Source of the DNA: an uncultured Lachnoanaerobaculum sp. | GTDB lineage: Bacteria; Bacillota; Clostridia; Lachnospirales; Lachnospiraceae | Direction of reading: 5' to 3' | DNA: 64,000 nucleotides | Assembly: GCA_937925515.1 (NCBI GenBank) | Contig: CALALP010000044.1 | Coordinates: 5,184 to 69,183, forward strand | In this document: piece after piece, positions 1-9,232 of the stretch | How positions within the stretch are numbered: position 1 is the stretch's first letter | How the letters are laid out: each line of letters starts with the position of its first letter | Position numbers and translations under genes: made by a program | The notes under the pieces: model-generated | Database searches by the model: none | What the model saw: the letters and a program-made list of their open reading frames with translations, nothing else | What the model was told of the DNA's origin: nothing

Positions 1-315
1 GGTTGCCCATTTTGCCGCTGCTCCGACTCCTGTTGTAATACCTGATGTACCTAAGCTGTTCTCACATCTTTCGTACTCTTTTAGTATATTTAAGATACCA
101 TTTTCTAAATTTCCAAGGCTATTTAAATTTTTCTCTAAGCCTACAATAGAACTGTCAATAGCTCTATAAATTTGAGAAAAATGTCCCCCTCTCATACATC
201 TGTATGATTTTACACTTCTTAGCGAGGCAATAGTATTTGAAACATCTCTTTTATGTGCTTGATATGCACTTACTGCAAAGTCAGCTCCCTGCCAATTTAC
301 TTTGATAGAACTCAT
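1..315 (-). CDS. Partial ORF, 3' end off-window; begins MSSIKVNWQGADFAVSAYQAHKRDV. Helical hypothetical protein immediately downstream of the WXG100 array, possible T7SS substrate or effector N-terminus.
   Basis: ATG at 315 with GGGAGG about 10 nt upstream; reading frame stays open to position 1. Location downstream of the esx array in the same orientation. No recognisable catalytic motif. Confidence 0.35.
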   Translation of the reverse strand, partial: MSSIKVNWQGADFAVSAYQAHKRDVSNTIASLRSVKSYRCMRGGHFSQIYRAIDSSIVGLEKNLNSLGNLENGILNILKEYERCENSLGTSGITTGVGAAAKWAT

Positions 316-386
316 TAACCTTAACCTCCCTTATTTATATATGTCCCTATCTGCTCATCTAGCAAGGGTGAATAAGTGTTATTTCA

Positions 387-719
387 CTAAGCTATTACAT
401 CAGTCTGTAATGTAGCTGCTGTTTCTTGTGCTGTTCTTTCTGCCTCTTGATATGATTGTGCCATTGCCTGTAAATCAGTAGAATGTTCATTAATCATTCT
501 AACCATTTTATTAATACTTTCCTGAAGTCCCTTAGCTTTATTATAATATGCAGTTGCCGCCTCGCCTGCCCAAGAACCACTTAAGCCCTCAACTGTTGAA
601 AGCATGCTTGAAGTTAAATTTTGTACTGTTCCTGCTGTTGATGAAAAAGTTTGTGCTGTTGATATAAGTTTTTCAGGTGTTACTCTCAATGTCCCATTCA
701 TTTTTAATCTCCTTTTCAA
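387..719 (-). CDS. WXG100 family (EsxA/ESAT-6-like) T7SS secreted protein
   Basis: 110 aa, helical, central W-A-G motif (SGSWAGEAATAYY). Paralogous to the ORF at 1496..1804. Confidence 0.8.
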   Translation of the reverse strand: MKRRLKMNGTLRVTPEKLISTAQTFSSTAGTVQNLTSSMLSTVEGLSGSWAGEAATAYYNKAKGLQESINKMVRMINEHSTDLQAMAQSYQEAERTAQETAATLQTDVIA

Positions 720-740
720 ATTTATTATATTTAGTTTGCT

Positions 741-1043
741 TTACTTATATGATCTTGTTGATGCTGTACTTAAGTTTTTCTGCTCCATTGCCTCATACTT
801 TGCAGCATTACTTTCAAGTGCTTGGCAATACTTTTCTATAGTCTGAAAAAAATTCTCCATAGCGGCTTTATCTGAATTGTACGCATTATGGAAAGCCTCT
901 TTTGCCTCGCCGTCCCACATTCCTACAAGCTGTTGCTCACTGGAAGTTAAATCATCTATTGCTTTTTTAAACTGATTATTAAGTTGTCTAAGTTCATTTG
1001 CATTGTTTTTTAATTCTCCTGAAGTTACCTTAATTTCTGCCAT
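741..1043 (-). CDS. WXG100 family protein
   Basis: 100 aa, W-D-G motif (VGMWDGEAKEAFH). Paralog of the ORF at 1815..2138. Confidence 0.8.
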   Translation of the reverse strand: MAEIKVTSGELKNNANELRQLNNQFKKAIDDLTSSEQQLVGMWDGEAKEAFHNAYNSDKAAMENFFQTIEKYCQALESNAAKYEAMEQKNLSTASTRSYK

Positions 1044-1077
1044 TTTAAAATCCTCCTAAAATTTATTTATTGTTTTA

Positions 1078-1488
1078 TTACCAACTTTTGCTTGAACTTC
1101 CACCCGTTCCACCACCTGAACGAGGGGTTATATCCCTTGTTTTGCTTGTTGCAATAGTTTTTGATAGATTTGCTGTGGCTGAATTTCTTGCTCTTGCTAT
1201 CTCTATTGCCCTAAGCTCGGCTGCCTTTACACTTTCTGCAATAGTTCTAATTCCCTGTGCTATATTTCTAATCTTTTTTGCAGAGTCATAAATACTATTT
1301 TGTACAATCTCTACTTTACCAAGATAAGCACTTGAATTATCACTTTGCCAAGCAACTCTTAATCTACTTTTAGTATCTTCTATTTTATTTCTTGAAAGTA
1401 GTTCAACTTGCTTAGCTAGTGCATCAAGTCGTCTTGCCTGAGCCATTGCTTGATTATAATTAAAAAGTACCTCTCCTCTAGTCATCAA
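1078..1488 (-). CDS. Divergent WXG100-like / YukE-like small helical protein with Gly-rich C-terminal tail
   Basis: 136 aa; W-Q-S in place of WxG (LRVAWQSDNSSAYLG); sits between the two WXG pairs; tail GGGTGGSSSKSW. Confidence 0.45.
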   Translation of the reverse strand: MMTRGEVLFNYNQAMAQARRLDALAKQVELLSRNKIEDTKSRLRVAWQSDNSSAYLGKVEIVQNSIYDSAKKIRNIAQGIRTIAESVKAAELRAIEIARARNSATANLSKTIATSKTRDITPRSGGGTGGSSSKSW

Positions 1489-1495
1489 ACACCTC

Positions 1496-1804
1496 CTAAG
1501 CTATAATATCTGTATTTAACTCTTGGTTTTGTGCTGTCAAAGATTTTTCACCTTCCTCATATAAACCTGCCATTGTAAGTAAATCTGTCGGATGCTCGCT
1601 AAATCTTTTTATTACTGTAAGCATCTCTTCTTTTTTGCTCTCAAAGTCATTTCTACTTCGCTCTCCAACACTTCCAACCCAATAACCTGAACTTCTTTGC
1701 ACAATGTCTTGTATAGCATTAAAGTTTTTATCAAGCTCTTTTATTCCTGATTCTACCTCTGCTGCCTTTGTCTTTAATACCTCCGGTTTTACTCTAAGAT
1801 TCAT
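1496..1804 (-). CDS. WXG100 family protein
   Basis: 102 aa, W-V-G motif (SGYWVGSVGE). C-terminus LNTDIIA resembles the C-terminus of the ORF at 387..719. Confidence 0.8.
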   Translation of the reverse strand: MNLRVKPEVLKTKAAEVESGIKELDKNFNAIQDIVQRSSGYWVGSVGERSRNDFESKKEEMLTVIKRFSEHPTDLLTMAGLYEEGEKSLTAQNQELNTDIIA

Positions 1805-1814
1805 AGTATCTCCT

Positions 1815-2138
1815 TTACACTCTTATACTATTTACTATTGAACCGACACTATTTTCACATTTTTCATACTCTTTTTTTGAGTGTTCTAAATCTAGTATAA
1901 GCTTTTCTATCACTTCTGCCATACTCTGCAAAGTATTATAATCTGATTCAAACTGAGCTGCAAAAGCATCTTTTGCCTCGCCCTCCCACATTGAATTTAG
2001 AGCATTTATGTCATTCATCATATTATCTCCATTTTTTTTAAGTTTTAAATGCTCTGCTCTTAACCTTTCTATATCACTTTGCAATCTCATAGTATCAATT
2101 TCAAGCTTACTATGTCTTGCCACTCTCATCACCTCCAT
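1815..2138 (-). CDS. WXG100 family protein
   Basis: 107 aa, W-E-G motif (NSMWEGEAKDAFAAQF). Confidence 0.75.
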   Translation of the reverse strand: MEVMRVARHSKLEIDTMRLQSDIERLRAEHLKLKKNGDNMMNDINALNSMWEGEAKDAFAAQFESDYNTLQSMAEVIEKLILDLEHSKKEYEKCENSVGSIVNSIRV

Positions 2139-2496
2139 ATAATATTTTATTTATCTGTTTATTTACATTTGATAAATCAATATTTCCCGTGCTACCTACT
2201 TTATTTAGAAAACTAAATTCTTCTATTCCTTGCTCAAGATTAGATTCTGTATCTGAATAAAGTGCATTGATATTTTGTAATGATGCAGCTAAACATTTAA
2301 TATTAAACACCTGTATATTAAGTTCATCTGATACCTTTGATAAGGCACTGATATTTTCTTCAAATTCAGTTTGTTGCCTTAATCTATGTTTTACTTCTTC
2401 AATACTGGAAGTTACTTTTTTTAATTCACTTCCAAACTCTTTTACTTCCTCACTTAAGTACTCAAGTTTATTAATATTAACTCTTATCTTCACCAT
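2110..2496 (-). CDS. Hypothetical helical T7SS-associated protein
   Basis: 128 aa coiled-coil-like ORF between EsaB and the esx genes, overlapping the next gene by 29 nt. No motif recognised. Confidence 0.35.
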   Translation of the reverse strand: MVKIRVNINKLEYLSEEVKEFGSELKKVTSSIEEVKHRLRQQTEFEENISALSKVSDELNIQVFNIKCLAASLQNINALYSDTESNLEQGIEEFSFLNKVGSTGNIDLSNVNKQINKILYGGDESGKT

Positions 2497-2587
2497 ATCT
2501 CTCCTTGCTATGTCTGTATTATATCTAAACTAAATTATTATTGTTTAAATTCTGATAGAATACATGTTTTTAATGATGAAATGCATA

Positions 2588-2836
2588 TTAAACTAAAATA
2601 AGTTTTTCTCCTGTTCTAATTCTGTACTCTCTAAGACAAAAATCAGGGTTTAAATTAATTTTCTTATCTAATGAGCCGATAATCATAGATGATTTAGCAC
2701 CACTTAAATTTAAATGCTCTTTTTTGGCAATAAGCTCGGAAATCTCATTAATTAAAGCACTTATCTTAGTTTCCTCATCTAAATTAAAATTGTATTCCTT
2801 ATCTAATATAGGAACTGCTATATCAATATTTATCAT
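2588..2836 (-). CDS. esaB: EsaB/YukD ubiquitin-like T7SS protein
   Basis: 82 aa, size and position typical of EsaB/YukD; beta-grasp-like sequence ending ...YRIRTGEKLILV. Confidence 0.65.
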   Translation of the reverse strand: MINIDIAVPILDKEYNFNLDEETKISALINEISELIAKKEHLNLSGAKSSMIIGSLDKKINLNPDFCLREYRIRTGEKLILV

Positions 2837-2847
2837 TTTTTCTCCTT

Positions 2848-3483
2848 TTAACTCAAAAATATCTTTGGCAAAGCCTTGTAAGTATATAATGAAAGTTTTT
2901 CCCTGCCTAAAGTATCTTCTTGTATAAGTTTAAATGTATTTGACTTAAGTATCTTTATATAGCGATTTTCAAGTGGTTCATCTATGTCTAATTTTTCAAT
3001 TAAAAGTAGATTTTCCTTATTGGAAATGTTGTCAATAAGCATTTTTTCTATAAGTTTGACTTCCTCTTCATCTTCTGTAAAATTTTTAGGAAATAAACCA
3101 TTTTCAATGCTGTCTGTTAAAAAATATGTCTTTGTAGTTTCAGATAGTTTTATGGAAATGTTAAATTCATTTTCATACCTTTCTAACACTACTATTTTTT
3201 CCTCATTACAGTACAATATAGATTGTGGAAAATTGCCCAAGCAATCCGTAATTATAAAAATGTATTTAGCCTTAAGCATTTTATCTATAATCCTTAAAAT
3301 CTTTTCTGAAACTACTATTTTAGAGTCTTTTTGCTCTATAAAGCCTTTTTTATATAATGCCAATAATTTATTTATAATAGTTTCATCTGCTACATTTTTA
3401 TTATATTCAAAACCATAAATAGTTTTTACTCCTGAAATACTCAAAATACTTATAAATTCTATTTCATCAAATACATACTTCAT
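2848..3483 (-). CDS. Hypothetical soluble protein of T7SS locus
   Basis: 211 aa, no TM segment and no recognisable motif; start overlaps the stop of the upstream LytTR gene (ATGA). Confidence 0.3.
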   Translation of the reverse strand: MKYVFDEIEFISILSISGVKTIYGFEYNKNVADETIINKLLALYKKGFIEQKDSKIVVSEKILRIIDKMLKAKYIFIITDCLGNFPQSILYCNEEKIVVLERYENEFNISIKLSETTKTYFLTDSIENGLFPKNFTEDEEEVKLIEKMLIDNISNKENLLLIEKLDIDEPLENRYIKILKSNTFKLIQEDTLGREKLSLYTYKALPKIFLS

Positions 3484-4190
3484 AACTTACCCTTAAAAGC
3501 ATCTTTATAATTTCTTGAGAGAGGTACAGAAATCTCATTTCCCAAATATATACTTCCCTCTGATAATTTGAAACCTGTTATCTTTTTTCTATTAACTAAA
3601 TAAGCCCTATGTGTTCTTATAAAATAATCCGGCAAAGTTTTTTCTAAGTTGTCTATGGTATCATAAAAACTATGTTCAATACCGTCGATTATTAAATTGA
3701 TTTTCTTATTCTCTGCCACAAAATAATAGATTTTATTATATGGAATTATAAACTTTTCGCCCTCGCTACTTATAGTAATGGTAGCGTCTGTACCACTTTC
3801 TCTTGTTTCTAGGAAAGCATTAAAAAGTTCATCACATACTTCCTTAAGTTCTTTATTTGAATAAGGTCGTAGTAGCAACAAATCAGGTGATATCCCCGGT
3901 TTTAAATATTTTATTGGAGATACACTTTTTTCTGATAAAAGCACTAATAACGCAGCTCTTTCCCTCTTTCTTAGGAAAAGCAACTTATCCAAATCATTAC
4001 TATTTATTATTTCAAAATATATAATGTTTATAAGCATTTTATCTAAGTCTAAACTCTCCAAATTATTTCCATTAAAACATTTATAAAACTTCACACTATC
4101 ATCTGTTTTTCTTGCTACTTCGTACCTACAAGCTGTTTCAATATCTTTTTGCTCTGTTTTTACTTTATTATATGAAAAAATAAAAATCAT
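3480..4190 (-). CDS. LytTR-domain DNA-binding protein with a non-receiver N-terminal domain
   Basis: C-terminal ~100 aa match the LytTR signature (FIRTHRAYLVNRKKI ... ISVPLSRNYKDAF). The N-terminal 135 aa lack the REC D-D-K pattern. Confidence 0.75.
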   Translation of the reverse strand: MIFIFSYNKVKTEQKDIETACRYEVARKTDDSVKFYKCFNGNNLESLDLDKMLINIIYFEIINSNDLDKLLFLRKRERAALLVLLSEKSVSPIKYLKPGISPDLLLLRPYSNKELKEVCDELFNAFLETRESGTDATITISSEGEKFIIPYNKIYYFVAENKKINLIIDGIEHSFYDTIDNLEKTLPDYFIRTHRAYLVNRKKITGFKLSEGSIYLGNEISVPLSRNYKDAFKGKL

Positions 4191-4197
4191 TTTAAAA

Positions 4198-7100
4198 CTA
4201 TCCCCTATTATTTGGAACTACAATTTTTTCTAGCTTACTATTTGCATCTTCAGACGGTTTCACACCAATTCCTACATTCATAGCATTGTCCTGAAGTCTA
4301 AATGGAACATTTGCGTAACTAAAGAATCTTTGAGAAGTAAATCTTCCACCAAATCTTATGCCGACTGCATTATCCTTAAAACTTTGTATAAATTTATAAC
4401 CTGAAACCTCACTTATTTCATTATCATTTAATTCAATAAAGAAATAGAAATTATAGTGATAGCCCTTATCGCCAACCAATGTTTCAAGCACCTTTAATGC
4501 GTTAAATGCCTTAGACTCCCTATTATATATTTCCTCTAAAAAGCCTCTTATATTTGGAATGAATACTGCAATATTTTTATAACCTGACATTGCCTCAAAG
4601 AAATCTTCATTTTCCAAGTTCTTAGCCATACATTCTTTCTTAGTTACAGCTCTAATTCCTGCCTCCTTATGTAAGGTATCCTTGGTAAAGTCATAAATTT
4701 TTTCAGCACTGTCTATATAATTTGCTGATATATTTAATGCTGTATTCTTAAATTCCTCAGAACCAATCTCTATGATATTTACATCTGCTTTCTTATCTGC
4801 AAATACATGCATTAAATGCCTCATATAAGTTGACTTACCACTTTTTTTACTTCCACTTACTACATAAGTAAGTAGATTGGTAAGTTCTATAAATGAATAG
4901 CTTGCATTTTCAGCATCATAACCTGTTGCAATAGTTCTTGGATTATCTAAAAGTAATTTATAGCTTTCCTCTTTTATATAATCTTCCCAAGTAGGATTTT
5001 CAGGGATTACAGGAACTTTTCTTGCTCCAATTCCACTATCAATTTTATTAATCGCCTTAATTCTTTCTTTGATATTAGAGTTTCTTTCAAAACTTCCCTC
5101 GCCCTTGCAAGCAATAGCAGTCTGAAATTCTATAATCTTTCCTGCAAAATGTACAAGTCCTCTACCTGCAACAGCACTTTCAGGATATACAGGCGTTCTT
5201 ACAACTCTCATTACATCGCTATATTGATAAATGTCAGACATTTCAAGTGAAATAGTGGTTCTAAAATTATCTGCAAGTCGCATAGGAAGTTCAGCATTGG
5301 CAAAGCTTGCAGCAGTAACTACTAAGTAAATACCATAGGAAATGCCCTCTTTAGCAACTCTTTTAATTATATCCTCAAACTTTTCATCAGTCTTTTCTCT
5401 AAAACCTGCATAATTGTCAATGACTATAACTATTGCAGGTAACTTTCCTAGACCATGTTCTACATAATCCCTAAAATTACTTGATGCCAATATTTTCTTT
5501 CTATCAGCAATTATTGTATTTAGCATTGTAAAGAACTTAGCTATTTTATCAATGTCTTCTTCCTTATCAGTCATAATGCCACCGACTTGTTTAGCATTTT
5601 CAAATACTGTCAATGCTTTAGAACTAAAATCAATTATATAGAAATTTATCTCTTCAGAGGAGTATTTATTTATAAAGGCATATATGGCAGTTTGTAAAAA
5701 TGTTGACTTACCTGTTGCAACTGTTCCACATATTGCATGATGCCCACCATTTAAGAGGTCTAATCTAATACTCATCTGATTTTGATTTTCAGGGTCATCT
5801 CCCTTGCCTACCATTACAAAAAGACTAAATTCATTTTCTGCATTTTCAAGTCTTTGCTTAAGTTCTAAGTCTATATATCCGTCAAGTTCATTTAAAGTTA
5901 TAAAGGTCGGAAGTACAGGCAACCACAAATGTATATCTCTGATATAGCCATGTTTTTTAGCTACTGAAAGCAAGTATTCATTAATAGCCTCAAGTTGGCT
6001 CTTTACCTTCATTTCAGGTAACTTAATCTTATTTTTTAATGCTAATTCCATAATAAAATCATACTTATCTTTAGTAGTGTTACTAAGTTTATATTCTTTA
6101 AAAATTTGTGCAAAATCTCTAAGCCTTGAATCATTATAAGAATTTCTAGGATAATCATTTTTAACTTTTGTTATATGGCTATAAACATTATCCAAAAATT
6201 CCTCACTATAACTATATTCGGATATAGCATTAGCCTGTATTTTAAGTTTACTTAATGTATCTTCCATTGCTAAGCAAATCAAGTTTATCCAGTTTTTCTT
6301 TGCTTTTTCTTGATGTAATATCTTGGTATAATTTCCTACTAAATCTACCTTTGCAGTAGAATTTAGAAGTTGTGCTACTACAAACTTAGCATTTCCAATG
6401 CTTTCATCATAAGTTGCTCCTGAATAACCTGATTGAAAAAGTTCAAAAAGTTCATCATTTCCAACTTGCAAAAAGCCTCGTCCTGCTTGTGTAAGATATG
6501 CTGCATCAGGTCTATGTAACATATCCATAGAATCTTGTCTATCTTGAACTCTAAGACATAATCTGAATTTAGAGTTTGACCATATATTGTCATCTACTGT
6601 ACCTGCCGGCTTTTGAGTAGATAGTATTAGATGAACCCCAAGACTTCGACCCACCTGTGCAACTGAGATAAGTTCACGCATAAAGTCAGGTTCTTCTCTT
6701 TTTAGCTCTGCAAACTCATCTATAATTATAAATATATGAGGTATAGGCTCTTTAACATCTCCATTTTTATAAAGGGTAGTATAGGCATTAATGTTATTTA
6801 CACCACATTCAGTAAACATTCTCTGTCGTCTTTTATTTTCAGACTTAATTGAAATCATGGCACGCTTTACTTGGTTTCCTGAAAGGTTTGAAATAGAGCC
6901 TATCATGTGTGGTAATTTCTCAAAAAGATTTGCCATACCACCACCTTTATAGTCTATGATAAAGAAACCAATGTCATCAGGACTATAATTTATAGCAAGA
7001 GAAAGCATATAAGTCTGCAAAGTTTCAGATTTTCCCGAACCTGTTGTACCTGCTACTAAGCCATGTGGACCATGATACCTTTCATGTATATCGAGATAAC

Positions 7101-9195
7101 AAGGTGTGCCACCATTTTTAACACCTATCATAGCTTTCATAGAGGCGACAATATTGGAACGCCTCCACCTCTCCTCTGCCTTAAGTTCTTCAGGTCTTGC
7201 AATATCATACATATCAAAAAAGCTTATTGCATTTGGTATTTCTCCTCCACTTTCAGCCTCTCCAAGCTCAATGTTAGCTAGTTTAATTGCAAATTCCTGT
7301 AAACTGTCCTCAGAATTTTCATCAAACTGTATATTAATTTTTTCAATATTTTCATCTTTAGTAGAATACATTCCTGAAAAGTCGGCATTTTTCTCTATAA
7401 TAAACTCACAACTGTTAGGCACTTCCTTATATGAATCTACTGCTATAACTGTTGAAAAACCTAGTTCTGAGCTATTTTCAGAGATATATTTGGAAATGAG
7501 TTCGCCTGATAAAATTTCCTTATCCAAAATGAAAATCACATAATAAGGTCGTCTACTTGCTTTTTCTTCCTCACTTCTAGTCCTTATAGTTTGACCTAGT
7601 TGATAGAAAATCTCTCCTGCCCCTGCTTTATCACTTGCAAAATATCTAATCTTCTTATCTTCTGACCAAAGATGAGGTAAATGTTTTACGAAATTCCATT
7701 CTTTTTCATCTGAAAGTTTATTTTTATCATAAGCAAATACTAGCTTTAAATCTGTATAACTGTTACTGCCTGCAAGCTGAATGATTAGGTTTTTTATAAG
7801 ACTTTTCCAAGCACCACGCTCTCCTATACAAGCTACAAAGCCTTTTTCCTTTAAATCAACGCCCATAGGCACAAATTTCATCATTTTATATTGTTCTTTG
7901 ATAGCCTTTGGCTTATCTGCCATATCATCATCTATCATAGAAAACTTTTCTTTTTGTACTTCTATATTTACAGGAAATGGTTCATCTCCCATACCAAGCC
8001 TACAAAAAAGGACATCTTTTTGCCTAAAGTTTCTATTCCAAAGTTTTTCCTCTGAAGTATCATATCTAAGCACCATATCAGCAGACGGATATTTTTCACG
8101 CTGTATTCTTGTATACTCATTAAATAAGCTATCTATATAAAGCTGTTTCTTTTTAAGATAATCTCCGTACTTAGCTCTTCTCTTTTCCTCGTCTTGTTTA
8201 TCCTTTTCTTTGGCATACTTAAAATTACGCCTTGCCCAATAAGTGCCTATACCAGCTGAAACTACTGCTGTAATCATTCCTGTCATCATAAATAGACTTC
8301 CACCCATAGAAGAACTCATATTAGCAGCGGCTACAGTAACGCCTGTACCAAGTAACATAGGAAGTGCCATAGTTATAGACGGGCCTATTATATTAAAAAG
8401 CGGTGTTTCCTGTGTATCTTTTGGATTTGGTGGTGGGTCTATGGTAATAACTTCATCATCAAGCTTAGGGATAATTCTAGGGGCTCTATGAAACATTTCC
8501 TTTTTAATATTAGCTTTTTTATCCCCTGACGGCACAAGTGCCTTTAACTCACTACTACTAAGCTCAGAAAGTTTTACCTCTCCTTTTTCAAGAAAACTTA
8601 CTGCTAATATATCTCCAAGATAAACAATAGTTAAACCGAAAGTTCTTATTGTATCAGCAAAGTTAAGTTCAGCTGTTTTCTCAAGTTTAATGTCATTTAA
8701 GAAAACTCCTTGACTATGAACATTTATAGTAGCTGATTTTCCATTTTTTATTAGGTCAAATGCTGTTTTTAATAAACTTTCATTTACACTTTTTGATAGA
8801 GAAGTATTAGTGTAATGTATATTAAAGCTATTATCAGTTCCAACCTTAAGGTTACTTCCATTTTCAAAGGCATATTTTTTAAATATAGCAAACTCTTCTT
8901 TTCTACTTCCTACTACAAGTTTTATTTCCTCTCCATAAGAAGTTTTTATATTAATGCTACCATTTCCACCAAGATCAATATACTCTAAAACCTCGCTGCT
9001 TATTTTAAAGGAATTAACTCCCTTAGGTCTATAAAGCCTCCAAGTCCCCTCAATATTCTCACAATTTAAGATAAGAGATTTATATAAATGAAAATCTTTT
9101 TCATTTATAACTATATTTGTTTCAAGTCTGACATCTTCTTGGAGTAAAACCTCCTTAAATGCCCAAGTATTATAGATGTAGATGTATTTATTCAT
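4198..9195 (-). CDS. essC: EssC/YukB FtsK-SpoIIIE family T7SS ATPase
   Basis: 1665 aa; three P-loop ATPase domains (GTTGSGKSE, GTVATGKST, SGSKKSGKST); TM segments after the N-terminal domain; locus context. Confidence 0.9.
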   Translation of the reverse strand: MNKYIYIYNTWAFKEVLLQEDVRLETNIVINEKDFHLYKSLILNCENIEGTWRLYRPKGVNSFKISSEVLEYIDLGGNGSINIKTSYGEEIKLVVGSRKEEFAIFKKYAFENGSNLKVGTDNSFNIHYTNTSLSKSVNESLLKTAFDLIKNGKSATINVHSQGVFLNDIKLEKTAELNFADTIRTFGLTIVYLGDILAVSFLEKGEVKLSELSSSELKALVPSGDKKANIKKEMFHRAPRIIPKLDDEVITIDPPPNPKDTQETPLFNIIGPSITMALPMLLGTGVTVAAANMSSSMGGSLFMMTGMITAVVSAGIGTYWARRNFKYAKEKDKQDEEKRRAKYGDYLKKKQLYIDSLFNEYTRIQREKYPSADMVLRYDTSEEKLWNRNFRQKDVLFCRLGMGDEPFPVNIEVQKEKFSMIDDDMADKPKAIKEQYKMMKFVPMGVDLKEKGFVACIGERGAWKSLIKNLIIQLAGSNSYTDLKLVFAYDKNKLSDEKEWNFVKHLPHLWSEDKKIRYFASDKAGAGEIFYQLGQTIRTRSEEEKASRRPYYVIFILDKEILSGELISKYISENSSELGFSTVIAVDSYKEVPNSCEFIIEKNADFSGMYSTKDENIEKINIQFDENSEDSLQEFAIKLANIELGEAESGGEIPNAISFFDMYDIARPEELKAEERWRRSNIVASMKAMIGVKNGGTPCYLDIHERYHGPHGLVAGTTGSGKSETLQTYMLSLAINYSPDDIGFFIIDYKGGGMANLFEKLPHMIGSISNLSGNQVKRAMISIKSENKRRQRMFTECGVNNINAYTTLYKNGDVKEPIPHIFIIIDEFAELKREEPDFMRELISVAQVGRSLGVHLILSTQKPAGTVDDNIWSNSKFRLCLRVQDRQDSMDMLHRPDAAYLTQAGRGFLQVGNDELFELFQSGYSGATYDESIGNAKFVVAQLLNSTAKVDLVGNYTKILHQEKAKKNWINLICLAMEDTLSKLKIQANAISEYSYSEEFLDNVYSHITKVKNDYPRNSYNDSRLRDFAQIFKEYKLSNTTKDKYDFIMELALKNKIKLPEMKVKSQLEAINEYLLSVAKKHGYIRDIHLWLPVLPTFITLNELDGYIDLELKQRLENAENEFSLFVMVGKGDDPENQNQMSIRLDLLNGGHHAICGTVATGKSTFLQTAIYAFINKYSSEEINFYIIDFSSKALTVFENAKQVGGIMTDKEEDIDKIAKFFTMLNTIIADRKKILASSNFRDYVEHGLGKLPAIVIVIDNYAGFREKTDEKFEDIIKRVAKEGISYGIYLVVTAASFANAELPMRLADNFRTTISLEMSDIYQYSDVMRVVRTPVYPESAVAGRGLVHFAGKIIEFQTAIACKGEGSFERNSNIKERIKAINKIDSGIGARKVPVIPENPTWEDYIKEESYKLLLDNPRTIATGYDAENASYSFIELTNLLTYVVSGSKKSGKSTYMRHLMHVFADKKADVNIIEIGSEEFKNTALNISANYIDSAEKIYDFTKDTLHKEAGIRAVTKKECMAKNLENEDFFEAMSGYKNIAVFIPNIRGFLEEIYNRESKAFNALKVLETLVGDKGYHYNFYFFIELNDNEISEVSGYKFIQSFKDNAVGIRFGGRFTSQRFFSYANVPFRLQDNAMNVGIGVKPSEDANSKLEKIVVPNNRG

Positions 9196-9232
9196 ATTTT
9201 ACTCCGTTTGTATTTTTGCAAATGATAGTGCT

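Noticed and set aside
2984-3418. 144-aa plus-strand ORF antisense to the 211-aa T7SS gene, and similar antisense ORFs at 604-846, 1070-1291, 2267-2533 and 2724-2927
   Set aside because: Low-complexity translations and overlap with better-supported minus-strand genes in an operon context.
7106-7543. Plus-strand ORFs (7063-7281, 7106-7543, 7781-8140, 8243-8491) inside the essC gene
   Set aside because: They are antisense to a 5 kb gene with clear P-loop domains, have low-complexity S/L/I-rich translations and no RBS; artefacts of AT-rich sequence.
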